From Eledone cirrhosa (lineage: Eukaryota): DNA of 64,000 nt. The notes below the pieces were generated by a model that was given only the letters and a program-made list of their open reading frames with translations, did not search any database and was not told the origin of the DNA. The stretch covers positions 32,364,001-32,428,000 of the forward strand of contig OZ024750.1 of NCBI GenBank assembly GCA_964016885.1. Direction: 5' to 3'. This document shows positions 13,426 to 25,100 of this stretch, in pieces (the stretch's first letter is position 1; the number at the start of each line of letters is the position of its first letter). The translations under genes and the position numbers were made by a program.

Positions 13426-14000
13426 TGTTATACTTTGGGAGGGTCAGGCGGCCAGCAAAAACATACGCACATGTTTGTTTTTCACTTCAATTTATTATAA
13501 ATTTCCGGTTGGCTGGTTGGTTCGATAACCGGATGGTTGTTTATATATTGTCAAAGTTCTCTCGTCACACATTCTGTAACCTGCTCAGTGACTAATTTTT
13601 TATTGTGTGTCCCTTCTTTGTTCTGTCCTACACCATTTTGTTTTGTGTGTTGTGTGCTTAGTTTGCGCATGCGTTACATCCAGGTATATTTGTGTGTTTT
13701 TATTTATTTATGTGTTTATTTAATTGACACCAGTTTATTGTTTGTTCTATCTGTGTAGGTCTGATTTGTTTTGTTAATTTGTTTTTTGTGTGTGTCAGTG
13801 TGTCTTCATTTTGTCCTTAATTACTAGTTGTGATGTCGCTATTCCACTCATGCTTTCTGGTCAAGTTTGGTTGGAGTTCGTTCATGTTTGTCACTAACCT
13901 GTCAAAATAGAACATAGGAGTACATTAGAGAACATAGAGATGAAAATGATATCCACACACAGAAAAGATACAATGCTCAGACAAATCACAGAGGCAACAT
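13426..14000 (-). mobile_element. Dispersed repeat with one inverted segment; related to 54003-54310 and 57262-57693
   Basis: 13426-13685 matches 54003-54310; 13720-13890 is the reverse complement of 57520-57690, while 13905-14000 is colinear with 57428-57525. Confidence 0.75.
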
Positions 14001-14207
14001 ATATATATATATATATATATATAATAAAGTATGTTTTCCTATGTGCAAAAAATGCATATAGGGACAGTGTATTATCCCACCGTATGCCAATGTGGTTCTA
14101 TGGCAGGTTAATAAATTAACGAGCCAGAACATATATAATCAAGGTTTAGCAAATAGAGAAAAAGTTTTAAAATAAATTTTAAAAAGTTTACTGTACTTAC
14201 TATATTT

Positions 14208-14290
14208 ACCCTTACCGCGTGGTTTCAAGTCTCAAAATAAATTAATAATCCATGCGGACACCATTGAGAAGGAGACTTTCGTCAGAGGGT
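14208..14290 (-). ncRNA. Type I hammerhead ribozyme, intact core
   Basis: accct CTGACGA aagtctc [38 nt] gagactt GAAAC cacgcg GTA agggt. Confidence 0.85.
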
Positions 14291-14739
14291 TCTTCTCACT
14301 CGGAGAATATAAAATTCCTGAGTTCAAATCACGAACTGGCGCCATACAGAACTGTTCCCGGATGAGAGTGTATGATAAAGAAACAATCTTGTCTATTGCC
14401 GAGTGTAAAGATAGAAGGCAAGGGCGGAAAGGTCAATGTCCTGCCACTAGAAATAGCAGCAGTTAAACCGACCAAAATGTTATCTTGACCTTAGGGGAGA
14501 TTAATAATAATAAAGTATGTTTTCCTACATGCAACAAATGCATATAGGGACACATGTATTATCCAACTGTATGCCAATGTAGTTCTATGGCAGGTTAATA
14601 AATTAACGAGTCAGAACATATATAATCAAGGTTTAGCAAATAATGAAAAGGTTTTAAAACACTCTCATCCAGGAACAGTTCTGTATGGCGCCAGTTCTTG
14701 ATTTGAACTCGGGAATTTTATATTCCCCGAGTGAGAAGA

Positions 14740-14820
14740 ACCCTCTGACGAATGTCTCCTTCTCAATGTTGTTCCGCATGGACTATCCATTTATTTTGAG
14801 AATTGAAACCGCGCGGTAAG
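14740..14820 (+). ncRNA. Hammerhead copy with most of the stem I 3' strand deleted
   Basis: accct CTGACGA...GAAAC cgcgcg GTA ag; 15-nt deletion between GTAAG repeats relative to the minus-strand copy. Confidence 0.6.
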
Positions 14821-15504
14821 TACAGTAAACTTTTTAAAATTTATTTTAAAACTTTTTCTCTATTTGCTAAACCTTGATTATATATGTTCTGGCTAAAATA
14901 AGTTATATATATATATATATATATATATATAATGCGTGTGTAAGCATGTCATGTATATGTTTGTGAAGAAAGAGGAAAATGTGATGTAGAGTGTGGTGAA
15001 ATCTGGTAGCCGGACAGCGAAACATATAGTCGATATTTTCTCAGTGGCACTGTGTTGCGTTTCAGGTAGTTAACGCATTATCCAATAGAAATGAGGCATC
15101 AATTTCTATATGCGACAGCAAAGAGTAATGTCCCTCCTTTTGAAAACATTCTTCATGTCACATGAGATGTGGTTTCTTCTATAATTGTTGGATGACAGCT
15201 GATGTAGGAAATGATAAACAAGAGAATAATATCTTTCGATCAAGGCGGCTTGGTGCAACAAATAATAATAATCTTGACTTCCATTTTGACAGTGGATTTA
15301 TGGAAAGAATGCTGGAACAACAAAGCTGTTGTATTCCTGAGTAGATGTCTTCAGGCACATCTGCTGGTTTAATGGGGAGATTTCTGTTAAGCTAGTACAT
15401 TGCATAGCATTTCTAAAAATCTAATGGAAACTATTTGGCATACAAACAGAAGACATGCTTTCGATTTCTAAAACATTATTAAGCATACACATACATCATA
15501 TATA

Positions 15505-15555
<51 letters not shown>

Positions 15556-16262
15556 CGCGTGTGCGTGTTTGTTTATGTGTGTATACATATATATATATAT
15601 ATTTGTGTGTGTGTTTGTGTATAAATATTATATGTATATATGTATATACGTATAAATTGATATATGATTGTGTATGTGTTCGAGTATATGGGTAGATATG
15701 TGCACTGCTGTATGTTCAGTAAGTACATTTATGTTTCTTTACTACGTGCACGTCGAGTATCTGTTTGACTGCAATTCTGTCAGCAGCTCTTAACTTCAAA
15801 ATTGGTATTCAAGTGATCATTAAAAAATAAAACAACATGAATCACATCGATGCTGATTGTTAAGAACCGACATTCTTCACAGAATCGATTATCCATGGAA
15901 GCAGTTACCAGAGAAACGATTATAGATTAGATCTGGATTGCTCTGTCAAAACTCAAGTATTCGCAATCCAACGCAATTTCTCTTCTGCTTTAAGACTTAA
16001 TATTACTTCGTATTAATAGCTTTTGTGTTATTTTTCTGCTTGTATTTGAGGACGAAAATGTGGTTATGAGTATTAAGATACCATTCTCATTATCAGCTTA
16101 TAAAGATAAAAAAAAAGAAATGTAATATCGACGAGATAAAATTTCGTATGACGTCTAGCATATCATAATTTTATAGATCCTATCAAAGTACATACTGCTA
16201 GCCAGTATATCGTTTTAGTCAAATTTTAGGTATTCTCTCTCTCTATATATATATATATACAC

Positions 16263-16912
16263 ATATCACGATACATTAACGGAGCCATAGACTCTCGCCG
16301 TTCCCTGTAAATAATGTGTTCAAAGGAGAGGAAATCCTGAGCTCTTTAAAATACAATATGTTGAAAAGGTAACACACTAGAAAGAGATACAGTGCGCTAT
16401 CAATAAAACAGGGAAAAACCAACAGTGTATGGAATCTATAACCTATGAAAGGCAGAGTATAGACACGATAATTAAAAATATAAATTAAAGCGTAAATAAA
16501 TACCTCTATAACTCTATAACACACGTACACATCCAAAGTGATCTGTTTCGCCAGTAAGTTCTTGACAGAAATGAAATAACCCAGGTTCATCAGCGTGTGT
16601 AAGGCTATACATTTCAGACAACACTAAGAGAATTTTTAAAGCGACCGTCCAGCTACACGTGGGAAAGAGAAGTCACAGCGTGTTTAAGGGCAGTGAACCA
16701 GTGGCCTCTGAGGGACTAGCTGCTAGAAAGGGAAGCCCAAAACCGCTCAGAGAAGTGTGCTCAACCAAACAGAGAGAGAGAGGAAAGACTGTTATAAGGA
16801 GCGAAATATCACGATACATTAACGGAGCCATAGACTCTCGCCGTTCCCTGTAAATAATGTGCTCAAAGGAGAGGAAATCCTGAGCTCTTTAAAATACACA
16901 CTAGAGAGAGAT
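16263..16912 (-). mobile_element. Retrozyme-like element, 543-nt monomer with terminal direct repeat, abutting (TA)n
   Basis: 16263-16355 repeated at 16806-16898; central HHR. Confidence 0.75.
16519..16600 (-). ncRNA. Type I hammerhead ribozyme with long stem III
   Basis: acacacg CTGATGA [imperfect stem II] GAAAC agatcactttggatgt GTA cgtgtgt; 7-bp stem I. Confidence 0.65.
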
Positions 16913-17916
16913 GCGTTAAAGCATGGCGTCCGACCCTCTACCGATACTGCCAATCCACCACCCTGTTGTATAATACAAACAGTTTCTAGCCGAAACCTTG
17001 TATCCGTGTTATTTGTATGGCAGAGAAGTTTCATTTCAAAAGCGTTACAAGCCCATAATTCAATAGAAACTTTCCATATCTTATAAATAAATTCATAAGC
17101 ATATACACATACACAAGAAGTATTATTTCGAGTTTTCTTTTTCCTTGCTACATTCCTATATTTCAAAAATAGAGCAGCTGTCTATAGATTACAAATCCAT
17201 TTAACATTTGCCTCCGAAAATGTAATTATGGAGGCAAGATGGAAGAAAAAAAAGATGCAAGTGAAGAAATAGAAGACGATATTATTAAAAGAAGGTTATA
17301 TTGTTTCTTAGACAATCATCCATTACTTTTTCTTTCATATATCTGGATAATACAAGCTAGCGTCTATCTATTTTATCGTCTCGTTGAAATTATTTACTAA
17401 ATTGATTAAATATTAAATGAGATTTTTGCACCTCATAATTCACAAGTTTATTTCCAATCTAAGCATGTGCAATATGTAGTTTATTTAAAGTGGAGACAGA
17501 ATTTATACAACTTACTCACAGTTTCCTAGATAGCCACGCATAATCACACTTACAGTTACATATATAGTGAGAGTTATTTCGTTTATTTCTAGAATATGAC
17601 CAAGTACACTTTCATAAATATATCACAAATCTACACAGATGTACACACAGACATACACATATACATATATACAAGCATACATTACATACACACATATACT
17701 CATACATACATGCATACATAGTTATACTCCCTGACTAATATATAGTGCACTATATATATATATCCAGGGGGTGTAACTTGGAGTTACTGCATGTTCACCC
17801 GGGAGAACACTCGATGATTTGGTTCACTTCTGTGATGAGGTGTAGAGTTATACATAGTGTAATATATTGAAAGGATAACAAGGACGATTGGTTACTCCTT
17901 CATGACATTTATTGGT

Positions 17917-18003
17917 AGGTGACGCGCGTTTCGCCACTGATCAGCTCAAGGTTCGATCTGTATCGATCCTACCCGACTCAATGATCGGCAGCTCGACGGA
18001 CCC
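17917..18003 (-). ncRNA. Decayed hammerhead, CCGnCGA core variant
   Basis: gggt CCGTCGA gctgccgatca...tgatcagtggc GAAAC gcgc GTC acct; homologous to 50680-50765. Confidence 0.6.
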
Positions 18004-18013
18004 TTTAAAATGC

Positions 18014-18044
<31 letters not shown>

Positions 18045-18173
18045 AGAAGCAAAACATTGCTTATTGTGATCCAGTTCTTGGTTAAGAAAGCCAGTTTCAT
18101 GGATGGTTTCAATGTACGATTAGGGGTAACTCCACAAGTTTGTAAGAATTCCGTTCAATCTTGGAGTATAAAT

Positions 18174-18574
18174 TATAAAAGAGAAAACACAGGTAAGCAT
18201 TAAGAGAAGGATTTTATCCAGGTATTTACGACCGTTTCATTGGTAAGTGCAACCTTATATTGCTATACTGCAAATAGCAGCCACTCAATTATAATTGTTG
18301 TTCACAGACCAAATTTTCAAAATAGTCAGTAAGTTACTCTTGAAATAATTCTTAATATATACTAGTAAATACAATTCCAAATAAATGTTTTTCTCTATAT
18401 ATTAAGAATTATTTCAAGAGTAACTTACACACTATTTTGAAAATTTGGACTGTGAACAACAATTATAATTGAGTGGCTGCTATTTGCAGTAGAGCAATAT
18501 AAGGTTGCACTTACCAATGAAACGGTCGTAAATACCTGGATAAAATCCTTCTCTTAATGCTTACCTGTGTTTTC

Positions 18575-18583
<9 letters not shown>
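18174..18583. repeat. ~188-bp inverted repeat ending in (TA)n; contains a hammerhead 3' half
   Basis: arms 18174-18361 and 18396-18583; GAAACGGTCGTA at 18519. Confidence 0.9.
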
Positions 18584-18673
<90 letters not shown>

Positions 18674-19203
18674 CTGAATATAAAAGAAAAATTGATGTAT
18701 ATGTATATATGTATATAAATATATGCATATATATATTTATATATATATATATGTGTATATGTACATGCATGTATGTATATGTATATGTATATATATATAA
18801 GTGTATATATATATAAGTGTATATATATGTGTATGTGTGTATGTATATATATATGTATATATATGTATATATGTATGTATATATATATGTATATAGCTAA
18901 ATATATGGCTAAAACTTTTCCCTATTTCTCTCTCTTCTCTTTTCCTCCTTTACGCTAGAAGAGTTCTTGTCATTCAAGTTTCATGCTGAACTGACATATG
19001 TTTGTAAATTGTCTGAAAAGACATCGAGGCTGAGCTCAAATAATAGAAAGGAATACCAAGATCGATATTAAAACACAGCATCCTTTGTTGATCTCACACT
19101 AGCTCCTGCTCCACTGGATTGCTTATTGACTTCACTGACGTGGGGGAAAAATCGAAAGGAATTACCTAGGAATATGTCGATGCATATAATCATACATGCA
19201 TAG

Positions 19204-19272
<69 letters not shown>

Positions 19273-19294
19273 TATATATATATATATATGTGTG

Positions 19295-19362
<68 letters not shown>

Positions 19363-19486
19363 TATATGTGTGTGTGAGTGTGTGTATATATATAGTTGGG
19401 AGTCCATGCTTGTGTTTTGTATGCCTGCCTATTTGTGTCCGTATGAATGTGTGTGGCGGGATGAAAGAAAGGGGAGAGAGTGAGAG

Positions 19487-19520
<34 letters not shown>

Positions 19521-19891
19521 GGAGAGAGAGAAAGGGCCAGAAAGAGGGTGAAAGAAATTTGAAGACGTATATAAAGGAAATAGATGGGAAAAAGAAAGAA
19601 TAAGTTACACGAAAAGAATGAAATAAAGGAAAGAAGCGAAAGTAAATGTAGCATTAGATTGAAGACGTGGTTCCATTACCTCGGCTGATCTATAAGCAAG
19701 GAAATGTAAATACGGCAAAGACGTGGAAGAATGATCAGAGGGAGGTACGCACGAACACACACGCATGCACACACACACCCGCATACACGTAAACGTGCAC
19801 TCACACACATGTCATCAAATAAAACATCAATTCAGTACATGCGTTTATATATAAATACTTACATACATATATATATATATATACGTTTATA

Positions 19892-19957
<66 letters not shown>

Positions 19958-19960
19958 TAT

Positions 19961-20153
19961 AACGAAGGAAATGTGGTAAGGAACCAGGTGGACCGTAACG
20001 CACCAAAGTACTCAATACTTAGGGTAGTAGAGTGGGTAATAGGAACGAGTAGGACCCCGACGGCTGATTTCAAGCCGTTTCGACGGCTAATTCTGGACGT
20101 CCAGAATTAGCCGTCGAAACGGATTGAGCTCAGCCGTCGGGGTCCTACTCGTT

Positions 20154-20158
<5 letters not shown>
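19961..20158. mobile_element. ~200-bp (TA)n-embedded element ending in a 60-bp-arm hairpin
   Basis: palindrome 20039-20158; near-identical copy at 48436-48640. Confidence 0.85.
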
Positions 20159-20219
<61 letters not shown>

Positions 20220-20245
20220 TGTATAATGTTGTATATATATATATA

Positions 20246-20293
<48 letters not shown>

Positions 20294-20339
20294 TGTATAT
20301 ATATACATATATAATTATATATATATATACATAGATAAT

Positions 20340-20411
<72 letters not shown>

Positions 20412-20499
20412 TGTATATATATACATAGAAAATTATATATATATATATACATAGATAATTATAAATATATATATATATATAATTATATATATATATATA

Positions 20500-20538
<39 letters not shown>

Positions 20539-20648
20539 TTTATATATATATATATATATATGATGTTTATATATATATATATATATATGATGTTTATATA
20601 TATATATGATGTTTATATGTATATATATATATATATATATATGATGTT

Positions 20649-20712
<64 letters not shown>

Positions 20713-20718
20713 GATGTT

Positions 20719-20795
<77 letters not shown>

Positions 20796-20898
20796 TTTAT
20801 ATATATATATATATATGATGTTTATATATATATATATATATATGATGTTTAAATATATATATATATATATATATATTATGATTATATATATATATATA

Positions 20899-20969
20899 AT
20901 TAAACATCAATCTCTATATAATACGCTATTTATTTCTCTGGCATTTCCTTATACACACATCCGTGTTTG

Positions 20970-21003
<34 letters not shown>

Positions 21004-21063
21004 TGTGTGTATAAGAAAATGCCAGAGAAATAAATAGCGTATTATATAGAGATTGATGTTTAA
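20899..21063. repeat. Inverted repeat centred on a (TA)n tract
   Basis: TTAAACATCAATCTC...CATCCGTGT (TA)n ACACGGATG...GAGATTGATGTTTAA. Confidence 0.9.
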
Positions 21064-21237
21064 ATGTATATCTAGGTAAGTATATATGTTAGTTAGAGTA
21101 GAAAAGAGAGGACGTGAGTGATGCCGAGGGGATAAACGAAAGTTAATTTTATATATATATATACATATATATATATGTGTGTGTGTGTCTATATATATAT
21201 ATACAGGTATATATGTATATATATATATATGTATATT

Positions 21238-21294
<57 letters not shown>

Positions 21295-21898
21295 ACAGAG
21301 AGAGAGGGGGGATAGGATAAGGCATGATCAGATTAAATAAATGAAATGGTATAGGTTTGAGATATCTTTTAATTTCCTTTCGTTCATGTGTATTTACCTT
21401 CTCTTTTTTATACCAATAAGTAAAGCTATATCTCATGGACCAACGCATTACATCCTTGTCTACATTTCTACGCTTATTCGCTTCTTATTTGTATCTTTAT
21501 CTGCTTTTTGTTCCTGTTTTTATTGTATTCTTACCAATCATGATATCTCTGTATTTTATCAACAATGATATACATCTCAAAGGAATTAGGTCACAGTCAT
21601 AATAAATTGATGAGTGGTGAAAGAAAAAAAATGCTTTTTTACTACACAGATACATGTGCACATCTATGCCTGAATATGGGCAAAAATATATTCTTACATT
21701 AATGAAATACCCGGGCATTGCCGAGTACTAGAATATATATATATATATATATAAGGAGTTGACGTACCCAGCATATTTATCAATGCCAGGACCCGTTGTA
21801 TTTCAGCGTACTCAATAGATAATGTAGAATACATTCCCAGAGTATACACATAGTTATTCGCTTCAATACAACACACGTAAACGGGTGCCTATAGTAGT

Positions 21899-22012
21899 TA
21901 CCGGACTCGGGTTTCGGCCATGCTTAATGCAGCAGTAGGGTGCTCTTCACCCTCTGTCTGCATATATTATGCAACAATGCATAATCGGCGCATGTGGCTT
22001 TATCAGCGGGTA
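21899..22012 (-). ncRNA. Decayed hammerhead with large stem II insertion
   Basis: tacccg CTGATAA agccacatgc...gcatggcc GAAAC ccga GTC cggta. Confidence 0.5.
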
Positions 22013-22029
22013 TCGCCTAAATATATATA

Positions 22030-22362
22030 TAATTGTTTCTACTTTAGCCACAAGGCCAGCAATTACCCAGTGCATTACTGGTACTTTATTTTATCGACCC
22101 CGTAAGGATGAAAGGCAAAGTCAACCTCGGCAAGATTTGAACACAGATCGTAAAGGGGCGTAACTATGCTCGAAAGCATGGCGTCCGACCCTCTACCGAT
22201 ACTGCCAATCCACCGCCCTAAATATATATATAATTGTTTCTACTTTAGGCACAAGGCCAGCAATTACCCAGTACATTACTGGTACTTTATTTTATCGACC
22301 CCGTAATGATGAAAGGCAAAGTTAACCTCGGCGGGATTTGAACTCAGACTGTAAAGGGACGT
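22030..22362 (-). mobile_element. Two tandem SINE A copies
   Basis: full copy 22030-22216 and truncated copy 22231-22362; AAATATATATATAA at all three boundaries. Confidence 0.85.
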
Positions 22363-22785
22363 AAAATATATATATAATAAGAGGATACATGTATCGGAAG
22401 AGTGGAGGAGAGTAAGAGTGAGAGGGTGGAGGATAGAGAAAGATAGAGAGAGGTGCAATACAGATTACTAAATGCCGATAGCCGAAGCGAGGTGGGCTCA
22501 ATGCTTGAGTTAGCAGTGTTAAATATTACAGAGCGGTTAATATATAGTAGAGTGTTCAAGCAGATATAAGCAAAATGAATAAATGTAGGAGTCGCAAGTC
22601 GTTTTAACAAAATATTTATATAATTCTTACATGATGTTTCACCCACGTTAACGAATAATTTAGGCTCTTCAGAGAAAGTATATTTGTTAGTACAAATGTC
22701 TGTCACAGTTAATATAACCAATCAAGCTGGGTGAAAATACTTTCATAGCAGAGTCTGAAAATAGTAAGAATTCATTTGTGTGTGA

Positions 22786-22819
<34 letters not shown>

Positions 22820-22960
22820 CCTCCGTGGTATTTTCTTCGGGGTTATAAGAGGCTTAGCTCTGTTTCTCGACCGTTATATCGCGTGACTATCACCCCTCCG
22901 CCTTTTGGGATTCTTTCTCACGTCGTGTAGACGCGTTCTTGAGACTAGTAAAATGAGGTA

Positions 22961-23050
22961 TCCTCTTGATAAGTCGGCAGACCTCGCAAGGACTCTATAT
23001 CTTTATGATATATTGTTTTTGTTTATGCCACGAAACTACGTAGTCGAGGA
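22961..23050 (+). ncRNA. Type I hammerhead with U3-A8 core variant
   Basis: tcctc TTGATAA gtcggca...tgccac GAAAC tacgta GTC gagga; lies in an island between (TA)n tracts. Confidence 0.75.
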
Positions 23051-23120
23051 ATTTAGGAGCAGTTTAGGTATGATACATTTTTATTACTAATTATATCTAA
23101 ATGTTTCTTCTCTCTTCATA

Positions 23121-23148
<28 letters not shown>

Positions 23149-23155
<7 letters not shown>

Positions 23156-23791
23156 TAGATAATTTAATATATCTACTAACATAAGCGCACAGATGTACGC
23201 CAATGCCAGCATTCTTATTTTACGTCTTTTATATTATTGTTCTGCATTCTCCTGCATTGAACCACCTAGGTACTATAACATAACCTGTGTATTTGCTGGC
23301 ATTGGCGTACATCTGTGCGCTTATGTTAGTAGATATATTAAATTATCTATATTTATCTCCAAATCACTGATTTGTCGAGCAAACCTGCCAAAACCACTTC
23401 TAAATTTGTTTGGGGGTGTTAGTAGGCGCCTGTCATCTTACCATCCCATTCCTACTGACTAGCCTCTGTGTCACGTGATTGATTCTTTAGAATCGGCCAT
23501 ATGATCAGTGGCAGTGAGAATTTTCAGTAGCTGGAATCCAGTCCTCGATAGCTGTTCCATTTACCGAATTATTATTATTTTTATATGAGTCCCCAGTGTC
23601 CGCGCATCGCCTGGAGACTCGGCTGAGAATGACCTCCCTGATGACGCAATGAAATTCTCAACAGTTCATTACGTAACTGTCTTTATCCCATTGCAGAAAC
23701 TAATTAGTTGGAGTGAAAATTTAAGTAAGTTAATTTAAAAAAAATTTTTTTTTTTTTTTTTTTAAATTTTCTTATTTTACGTCTTTTATAT
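23149..23791 (+). mobile_element. Retrozyme-like element: 557-nt monomer with terminal direct repeat and 5' inverted segment
   Basis: 23212-23234 repeated at 23769-23791; 23149-23211 is the reverse complement of 23294-23356; flanked by (TA)n. Confidence 0.8.
23634..23713 (+). ncRNA. Type I hammerhead ribozyme
   Basis: ctcc CTGATGA cgcaatg...cattgca GAAAC taatta GTT ggag. Confidence 0.8.
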
Positions 23792-24482
23792 ATATAAATA
23801 TATATATGTATATGAAAAACATGGGGAGAAGAATACTGCGTGGTTGCACATGGATTACATATTATAAAATTAGTCCCTCATCAGTGATTTGCCAAACATC
23901 ATTGGTATTTCATCGCATTAAAAATCATATACCTCAGGTTGGTGCGAGCAATAACTAAAATAAGCTATTGGGACAAGTGAGTCGCGTAAAGCGAGTGAGA
24001 CAAGTAAACAACATAGAAGGAAAAGCAAACCTAAGATGGGAAAAAAAACAAGCAACATGGTTATCCGATCAGCATAATCTGGGTGAATTCCATGAGCGTT
24101 CAGAATACAGACCTTTCGCCGTGAATGGGATGTGAGAAAGAAAGAATGCCACTCCTAGCGAACGGGAGGAAGTGAGAAGGGGAGAAACAGAGAGTGAGTG
24201 AGTGGAAGTGCGAGGAAGAGGTTAGTCGAGAGAAAGTGTTAACTGACAGAGAGGACGAAAGAAGGTAAGAGAAACAGAGAGAACGGGGGAGCAGTAAGAG
24301 AGAAAGAGAGAAACAGAAAATCGCAGTTTAGGTAAATATATATGAAAAACATATATATATACACACACATACAAATGGAAGTTTAGTAAAATCGAAGCTT
24401 TGACTGTGGCCAAGCTAACGATATACAATTTCATGTATAACAAAGCACTCGATAAGGTTGTCTGCGATGAACCCGGTTTCGG

Positions 24483-24841
24483 TCTGAGGAGGCTAAACTC
24501 GTCAAATACCGGTCGTTCTCCGACAGGTTTCCGGTTGTAGCCCTGGCAGTGGAGACTTCTGGTGTCCTCGGCCCTAGGGCTACCTCCCTACTCACCACCG
24601 TAGGCGCTGAGCTGACCAGCCGCAGGTGTGAGCCCTGCGAGTTGGAGTGGCTTTTCCAGTGCGTCTCCCTTGTTATCCTCCGGGGAAACACCTTTTCCGG
24701 GGCTGAGTGTGTGTGTGAGGGGGGGAGGGCGGACATCGCGTATCATTCCATATTTAATCTTGGTCGGTATGTGTATGTTTATGTTTTGTATGTTGATGAA
24801 GACTAAGCTGTTATAAAAGGCGTACTACGTAGATATAAAAT

Positions 24842-24846
<5 letters not shown>
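24483..24846 (+). mobile_element. 5'-truncated CRE-like non-LTR retrotransposon (restriction-like endonuclease C-terminus plus 3' UTR) ending at (TA)n
   Basis: frame from 24483: SEEAKLVKY..FPVVALAVETSGVLGP..WLFQCVSLVILRGN, matching the K..KY / A.ET.G..G / QR.S....RGN pattern. Confidence 0.75.
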
Positions 24847-24904
<58 letters not shown>

Positions 24905-25037
24905 TATTAAATTGTTAAACAATATTTAATGAATTATGTCAAAGAATAATTTTTACAGTAGATTGGAAGCACTCAACAGAAATAATTTTCAGGAGTTATT
25001 AATATAAGTATTAATAAAATAGATGTTCTTTCGATCA

Positions 25038-25100
25038 ATTACATTTTATTATCCATATTTCGGATGTACAACAGTACGTCCTCATCAGACAAAATATAAT
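25038..25100 (-). ncRNA. Type I hammerhead ribozyme (mirror of 25813-25875)
   Basis: CTGATGA ggacgtac tgtt gtacatcc GAAA tatgg ATA on the minus strand. Confidence 0.75.

Larger units (their letters stand above)
14021..14894 (-). mobile_element. Retrozyme/Penelope-like element: 486-nt monomer with terminal direct repeat plus inverted arm, between (TA)n tracts
   Basis: 14021-14170 repeated at 14507-14658; 14659-14894 is the reverse complement of 14122-14371; contains HHR. Confidence 0.8.

Noticed and set aside
13426-13678. Solo LTR (TGTTA...TTACA)
   Set aside because: Similarity with the 54-kb copy continues beyond the CA, and no TSD was seen
19008-19095. Hammerhead-like CTGAAAA...AAAAC (and ATGATGA at ~63640 minus)
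   Set aside because: Too many core and stem mismatches to distinguish from chance
23870-23890. CTGATGA on the minus strand (also ~57403 minus; 27617, 36349 and 42528 plus)
   Set aside because: No pairable stem II followed by GAAA and stem I, so not called as hammerheads
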